A stretch of 64,000 bases of DNA from the human T2T-CHM13v2.0 reference genome, Homo sapiens. Location of the stretch: the NCBI RefSeq assembly GCF_009914755.1, contig NC_060930.1. One strand, given 5' to 3'. Under the pieces are notes generated by a model. The model did no database searches. It saw nothing but the letters and a program-made list of their open reading frames with translations, and was not told where the DNA came from. A program made the translations under genes and the position numbers. Shown here piece by piece: positions 57,425-64,000 of this stretch (position 1 is its first letter; each line of letters begins with the position of its first letter).

Positions 57425-60309
57425 GGTGTAATTACTTTTTAAAAAAGAACTAATGACACCTTCCTCATGAGATAGTTGTACAGATTAAACAAATGTACAT
57501 GCACAAAGCTCCTTCTACACAGTTTGTGCTCAGTACAAGAGAGTTTCATTTTTTTTTTTTAACTTCAGGTGAAGGTTAAAGTTCAAAGCCAAAGATAAAT
57601 AATTAGGACATGTTATCTTGGACCAAGATCTTAATTGCAGATCTGATGGTCTAAGAGGTATGCTTTCAAGAATATTAAGGCAAGTACTACAAACTCCTTA
57701 CTAGCACTTCCATATTTTATCAGCTGGGTGAGAACAAAACTTCCACAGTTAAAGGTCCAATCTTTAACCCTAAGACAGTATGTGATACTAGTTAAAATCA
57801 GATGGACAACTGTGCAAAATCAGATGTATAAATGTGACAGCATTTATTTTGTGCATGTTCAGATTGAAGAAATAATGTTTATTATAGAAAATTTATAAAC
57901 TGTGGCAAAACATCAAAATAGATATTTAAATCCACACATGAGCCCTCCACACAATAATAATCATAGCTAACACTTGCTTTACATTCTCTTTTAAAACTGG
58001 AATTTAAAAAATATATTTCGTGATTATTCTTCTAAAGACTAGTCACATCTGCATCATATTCCACCACTGCAGTGTATCACAATTTACCAAAATACTATGT
58101 TGCACGATTCAGGTTTTTTTTTTTTTTTAATTATTGCTTGTGAAATTCAACAAGAGCTAACTTTTGCTGATCTTTGACAACTTATCCAGCACAAAATTAT
58201 TGGGTTGAAAGATAAGATATTTTTACACTTGTGTTGTGCATTGCCAAATTGCAGCATCTTGACATATTGAAAATACTGGATACAAAGATTTTATTCAAGA
58301 AAATGAGGAAAAACAAGAGAACAGAGACCCTAAAGCTTTTAAAGAGTGGGTTGAAATGCAATGGGCCATGGGAGAAACTGGGAGAACTCCCGAGGAAATA
58401 CTCCTATCTGCTTAGAGTCAGCTCATTTGGTTCAAGAACTAAATCACAAACCAGGTCACTAAGAAGCAGTTGTACTTAACATGTTGTTGTTGTTGTTAAT
58501 TAGTTATCTTGTGTTGAAAATCTTTTCCTCCATTTCTTCTATACACACATCCTCCTCCTAATACTCTTTTTATGTAATAAAAATAAAATATGCTAAATAG
58601 ATGGCACTAATGATCTGTCCGATAAAAGCTGTGGATTCATAGAGCATATACAACATGTAATAAAATAACCTTTGCACTGATTTTAAAATTAAGGAGGCTG
58701 GAATGTCTTAACTTGTCCTCATTCAATGATCCAGGAGTTTGTGGATCTTCAAATATTACTATCTTTGGGAAACATGCCCTTATTTTCTGGTAAATGATGG
58801 ACACTCCTTCCTCTGTACATAGAGAGCAAGGTTTTTACTCCATGATTGTTATTCATACCATGTATTATGTTTTTCCTGATTTGTGTCTACCTCATATTTA
58901 TTTTAATTGATAGTGAACAATTATTGAGAACACAGTCCAGATATTGTGATTCTTCCATGCATAAACTTTTTGTTGTCGTTACAGCCTCTAGTTCAGTGCT
59001 CAGTACATACATTTTTAAAAATGTAACAATTGCTTGAATCAATAGATAAAGGAATAATGCAATAATACATGAGCTATGATTTTCAAATGCAGAGTGTTAT
59101 TTAAGTAAAGAAGCAGGCTAAGGAATGTGGAGCCATTGCATCAATTGTTCTGAAATACAGCTACCTTTAGCTCAGAGTGTCTCTTTTACAAGAGTGTCTG
59201 ACCATGAGGTGGGTCCTAGTCTGCTCTACAAATAGTATCCTTTATTATACGTGCCTTAATGTGAAGAGATTGGAATGCATAACTGAATTTGGAGAATTTC
59301 AAGCATATGATTACATCATTAAATTTGAAGAATTTTGTATGTTAACTTTAACTAAAGGTCTGAGTTTGAAGGACTTATTAAATATCATTTTCCAGTAAGT
59401 ACTGAGTGTGTGTATGATCTTACACATGAATCTCACGAAACAAAGTCTGTACCCAGCCTGTCTATTTCAAGGGGATGTCATTCTCTGCCTTGACAGGAAG
59501 TCTCTATATCTGAAGGGGTTATGTCTAATGGAATTGCCAGCACACAGGTAAAATTGTGTTACTATAGGTAAGTGTTGCCTTGGCTGTATGCAAGTTACCA
59601 ATATTGATGGTATTTAGTGGAACATGATGGCTTTTCCAACTATATAAACCTGTGTCGTTATTTTTGCATGGAACTGTTGTCTTGCAAAGTCGTGAAGTAA
59701 GGAAGAATATAGCAGATGTTTTATATTTTGCATATAACCACAAGTCTGGTAACACTATGGGCATAAAATTAAGAAACAAATGTTCTAATCACTTTTTTAA
59801 AATTTTGCTCTTAGATTATTTCTCTAACCTAACTGAAACTTAGTAGACTCATCCAGAAGATTAAAGTTGGTCTGAGGATTCTTTCTTTCATTTTTAAAAT
59901 GCTCTCCTTATGTATAGAAATAGCAGACTGTCCAGCACTCTACTGAACTCTAATAAACAAAACTTATATTACCTATGAGAAAGCTGGAACTTTCCAGAAT
60001 ATATGATGAAGTAGCCATTTCTTTTAAGTGATAGTTATTTTCTGATGAAAACCAGAATACTAGTTTATTGAAATAACTTCAGAAACACAACAAACTACTT
60101 TAATTAGGAAATAATCTGTCTCAATGTGTCCCATTTGAACTATTATTCTCTATTTAATTTCATCTGGGTCTTATCTATCCAGATTTCCTGTAGCTGATTA
60201 TAAGTGTATGCCTACAGCTGGTTGTTCTCATATCAGCACTTTATATTTAAAACAACCAAACAAAGCAGAGAGTCCAGGCAAGAGCCCAGATTCTTCTACC
60301 CTTCCTACA

Positions 60310-60522
60310 TGAGCTGCAAACATGTATTCAACAATAAGACTGTGGCCGGATACATTTAGTTTCATCGGAATACAGATTTAAAGCTTTTGATAAGTAATAC
60401 GGTCAGGCACAACAGAAGTCTCCATTTCTCCGTATCCTTCCCATTCCTTTCATTACCCGATGTGCTTCACTCGTCTTTATTATGTGTCTGGTTTCTGAAG
60501 TTATTTAATATTGGGAACTCTG
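60310..60522. mobile_element. Possible MER102-like hAT DNA transposon relic
   Basis: GCTTCACTCGTCTTTATTATGTGTCTGG..TATTTAATATTGGGAACTCTG resembles the recalled MER102 terminus; very diverged. Confidence 0.35.
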
Positions 60523-61486
60523 ATTTGGCAATTGCATGTGTTTTTTTACTGTTGAATTAGTTTTACTCTATTTATTGTGTAGATTTTAATGATCTTGGCA
60601 GCAACTTTCTGACACTTGATAGGTAATAAAATTCTGAAACTTAATATAGGAAACCCTACCACTACCTGCTCATAGTGTTGCATAACAAAGTGAGGGGTGT
60701 GGTGCCACTAAACACATGCAGAGTTCTATATTTTAAAAATAACCTGCTAGCAGAGAGAAAATATGAAACCATTTTCTGCCTTCTACATATAAAAATTTTA
60801 AAATATAAAACCTAAAATCTTCTATAGCCTGGCTGGGATTTCCAACTATGAATAGCAATCACCACACAAAGCATTGATGTAATAAAGGAAAAATAACCAC
60901 CCTTATTTGGTAAAACTTTAAATGTTAACAGTGCGATTTACAATTCATTTACTTCCATCTTCTTATCACAGTCAAGCATATGAGGACAGAAAAACCTAAA
61001 ACAAATGGGTAGTTCAATGAATTTCTTAATCTTTTCTAGCTCTTTATCCTCAAAGGAATTTTAAATTCACTATTGTAATGCATATGTCTTGAATCAGGAA
61101 AACTGGTAGGGAAACATAGGCAAGTTATTTTCTTTAATTGAAGAGATAATCTGTGTATTTTCATATTTCCAGCGTATCTTTAAAAAACACAGCATTAACA
61201 TTTAGAGCACTTAGAAAGTAATACAATAATCTGGATTTTCTCGAGTTAGTGGCCTTTCCTCCCAAGGTATTTACAGGGGATTGCCATCTACCAAGTGTGG
61301 CTGAATCCCCGGGCAGTCAGACTTCCGAATGCTCGAACGAATAGCTCAAGAGAGCCACCTACTGCTTATATGGATATCCAGTATGGAGAAAAAAAATGTG
61401 TCTTCAGTATCAAATTACATCAATGTAATGTTTTTGTCAAATGAAAACAAAAATACTGCTGTGGCTGTGTTAAGAAACAATAGTCA

Positions 61487-61582
61487 ATATATCACATTTT
61501 TTTTCATTCATTTATCTATTGATGGACCCTAGGTTGCTTCCAAATCATAGCTATTGTGAATAGTGCTGCAATAAACATGGAA
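61487..61582 (-). mobile_element. L1M(A) ORF2-end fragment
   Basis: CATTCATTTATCTATTGATGGAC..TAGGTTGCTTCCAAATC..GCTATTGTGAATAGTGCTGCAATAAACATGG. Confidence 0.85.
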
Positions 61583-61846
61583 TAAAAAAGGAACACTAAA
61601 TTAGGCTTTAAACTCTTTGAGCTATCCTTGCCACTTCGTACTTTTTGAGGGACTTACCAAAAGCACAGATTACCAAGTAAAAAATGTATGAAATGGTCTC
61701 AAGTTCCAGATTTATGTGTTAGACTCTTTATCTCCTTTTCATACTATCATAGAGCATTTTCTGTTGCTCTCATTCTAAGAAGAAAATACAAGACTGAAGG
61801 TAGAAGTGTGTATCCCAGAACAAAATGTTTAAAAGACTGGCCAGTT

Positions 61847-61942
61847 AGCCAGACATGTTGCTGGGATTGCTCCTGTAATCCCAGCACTTTGGGGAGCTGA
61901 GTTGGGAGGATAGCTTGAGCCCAAGAGGTAGAGGCTACAGGG
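61847..61942 (+). mobile_element. FLAM/FRAM/AluJ monomer fragment
   Basis: CCTGTAATCCCAGCACTTTGGGGAGCTGAGTTGGGAGGATAGCTTGAGCCCAAGAGGTAGAGGCTACAG. Confidence 0.75.
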
Positions 61943-62384
61943 ATTGGCCGGCATATTGGCAGTGACAGGATAAACTTGGAATAAAGACCAGTGCTGGGAT
62001 TATTAATTTTATCCCTGCTACTAATAGCTCCTATTTATAGAGTTCTAGATTACAAAACCATGATCAGATGTAATTTTAATAACTACTTCCTTTTTTGTAC
62101 TTGAAGAATTTGATGCCCACAAAGAAGGTGAAATAATGTATTCAAGGTCATACTATTATCTAGGTCCAGAACATGCTGGAACACAGGGATCCCCGAAGTT
62201 TTTATCTAACACGACATCACTATGCCCGCCAGATTCTTCTCAATTACATATCCATTCAGCAGATTTGACCTGTAGCATTACAGGTGAAGTAAGGTTGAGA
62301 AATTGATTCAAGTGAGTAATATGTAGCCCTGCACAAAGGGAGTTCCAAGTACCATGGGGTGAAAAACACCCAGATGTGAGTCAC

Positions 62385-62600
62385 ACAAAGCAGAATTCAA
62401 AGTCCAGATTTCTTTCCTTAACTGACTCAGTCACTTGCTATGATATTTTCATCAAGGGACTTAAATTCTGTGAACATGAGTTTCCCAAAAAGTAAAATTA
62501 AAAAAAAATCTATCCTACAGAATTATTTTAAGGATAATACAAATACAGGTTAAATGCTTTGCTCAAGTGGATAGTACATGTGAATTTGGGCTCATATTAT
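62385..62600 (+). mobile_element. MIR relic
   Basis: AATTCAAAGTCCAG..CTTAAATTCTGTGAACATGAGTTTCCC..GTAAAAT..AAGGATAA..TAAATGCTTTG. Confidence 0.55.
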
Positions 62601-63847
62601 TAGTAAATAGATTACCATAACATCAGGTAAAAGAAATGAGAAGCACTAAAAAATGTACTCAATGCTACAGATACTTGATATACAAATATGAATATTATAG
62701 AAGTATTTATACTGTGTATGTTCCCCTGCTTAAAAATATAGACTTTCAGACTCAGAAGACATTAAAATTAAATCTAGACACCTTTTGCTGCCATCTCACC
62801 ATTACTACTCTGAGGCTTAAGTTCTTTTACTCATGACTTACATTTTTTAGAGCCCTAATAATACTTTTCAATAATAACTTCATTTATTTATCCCACAGAT
62901 GAAGCAATGAGCAAATTGTGAAATAAATCATCTTTACCTGCAGGGAGTACATTCCAAGTTACTACACAACTTCCACTCTATCAATTAATATACATCACCT
63001 CCATTTGCTTGAACACCTTGAAAAATAACACCATGAATACAAGGATCTATCTTGTGTGCACTGGAAATGCTAATAACATCAATGTTTTCACTCTTATATG
63101 CATCCAATATAATTATCCAATACAATATTTATAACTTCAAATTTTCCATTTTGAGGAAGCATGTATGAGATTAAGATTTTTCTACATCAATTTCTCTTCA
63201 AGAACAAACTAATATAGAGAAAAATATATAACAATACATGGGAAACTTTTTGTTCCAGTGTCTTTGAGATTTTATTTTGTTTTGTAAATCATCCACTCAT
63301 AGTTTGTGGAAGATTTAACACTTGATGTAGTGATGTTCTTTATCTCTTGATTGATTTTCTTGCTTTAATATGTTTCTAGCAATATTTTAATAACTATAGA
63401 ATCACCTTCTTTTAAAGTTTTATTTCTTGTTGAAAATTATTCCTGATAACAAACTTTACATTTGAGGGATCACCATTAGGTTGTAGAAGAACTATTATGA
63501 AATTAGGAAACTATTATTGGAAAATTATAATTAGGAAATTATAACTATAAAGTTAGTAACAAATCCTAAGGAGCAGATGTACTTAATATATGACTTTATG
63601 TTAAGTTAAAAATTAATTTGTAATTAAAATGAAATTGGATGAGGAGGAGTATTTAGAAATCATGACTTACATTAATGAAACATTCTGGATTGCATTTGTA
63701 TTACTCTCAGAATGTGTTGAGTGTATTAAATAACATTATACTCAATATTACAAATGATGTTTGGGAAAGAAGACATATGGAGAGAAGGCCGATGACTTTC
63801 CTACCATTCATTAGGTGTTTGTTATTAGCCATTACTTATTAGCTATT

Positions 63848-63883
63848 ACACACACACGCGCACACACACACACACACACACAC
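63848..63883 (+). repeat. (CA)n microsatellite with a CGCG interruption
   Basis: ACACACACACGCGCACACAC.. Confidence 0.95.
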
Positions 63884-64000
63884 TTCAGTTCAAAAGTAGA
63901 GGTGGTAGTGCTGGTAGGGGTGGTGGGTGTGTTGTTAGCTCAATTCTGCCTCCTCAAATCAGATGAAAAAAATTGGACGTGGTTACAAAATAATTTTGTA

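Overview
Primate (very probably human) genomic DNA. It is AT-rich, CpG-poor and intronic or intergenic, and I find no intact protein-coding exon, RNA gene or CpG-island promoter. More than half of the window is retrotransposon-derived. The main landmarks are: (1) a full-length ~6.0 kb L1PA2-type LINE-1 at 33147-39169 (+), with target-site duplications (TSDs) and dead ORF1/ORF2. (2) A ~12.9 kb nested block at 15016-27913. An L1MA4-like element with both ends present inserted into an older L1M, then received a twin-primed L1PA3, a MER21 LTR/internal fragment (itself carrying an Alu) and the 5' half of an older L1P. (3) A ~1 kb (GAAA)-type polypurine tract grown from an Alu tail, which splits a MER2. 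There are also several truncated L1PA 3' ends, Alus, MaLR LTRs, L2/MIR relics and DNA-transposon fragments. All long ORFs in the track are L1 fragments, antisense TE frames or simple-repeat artefacts. I see no convincing new biological system. The most unusual item is a 244-bp insert of mostly non-TE sequence at 40017-40260, flanked by a perfect 13-bp TSD and carrying a 5' inversion, which looks like an orphan L1-mobilised retrocopy or transduction. Several template-switch hairpins are also present. Subfamily names come from recalled consensus diagnostics, not from a database search.
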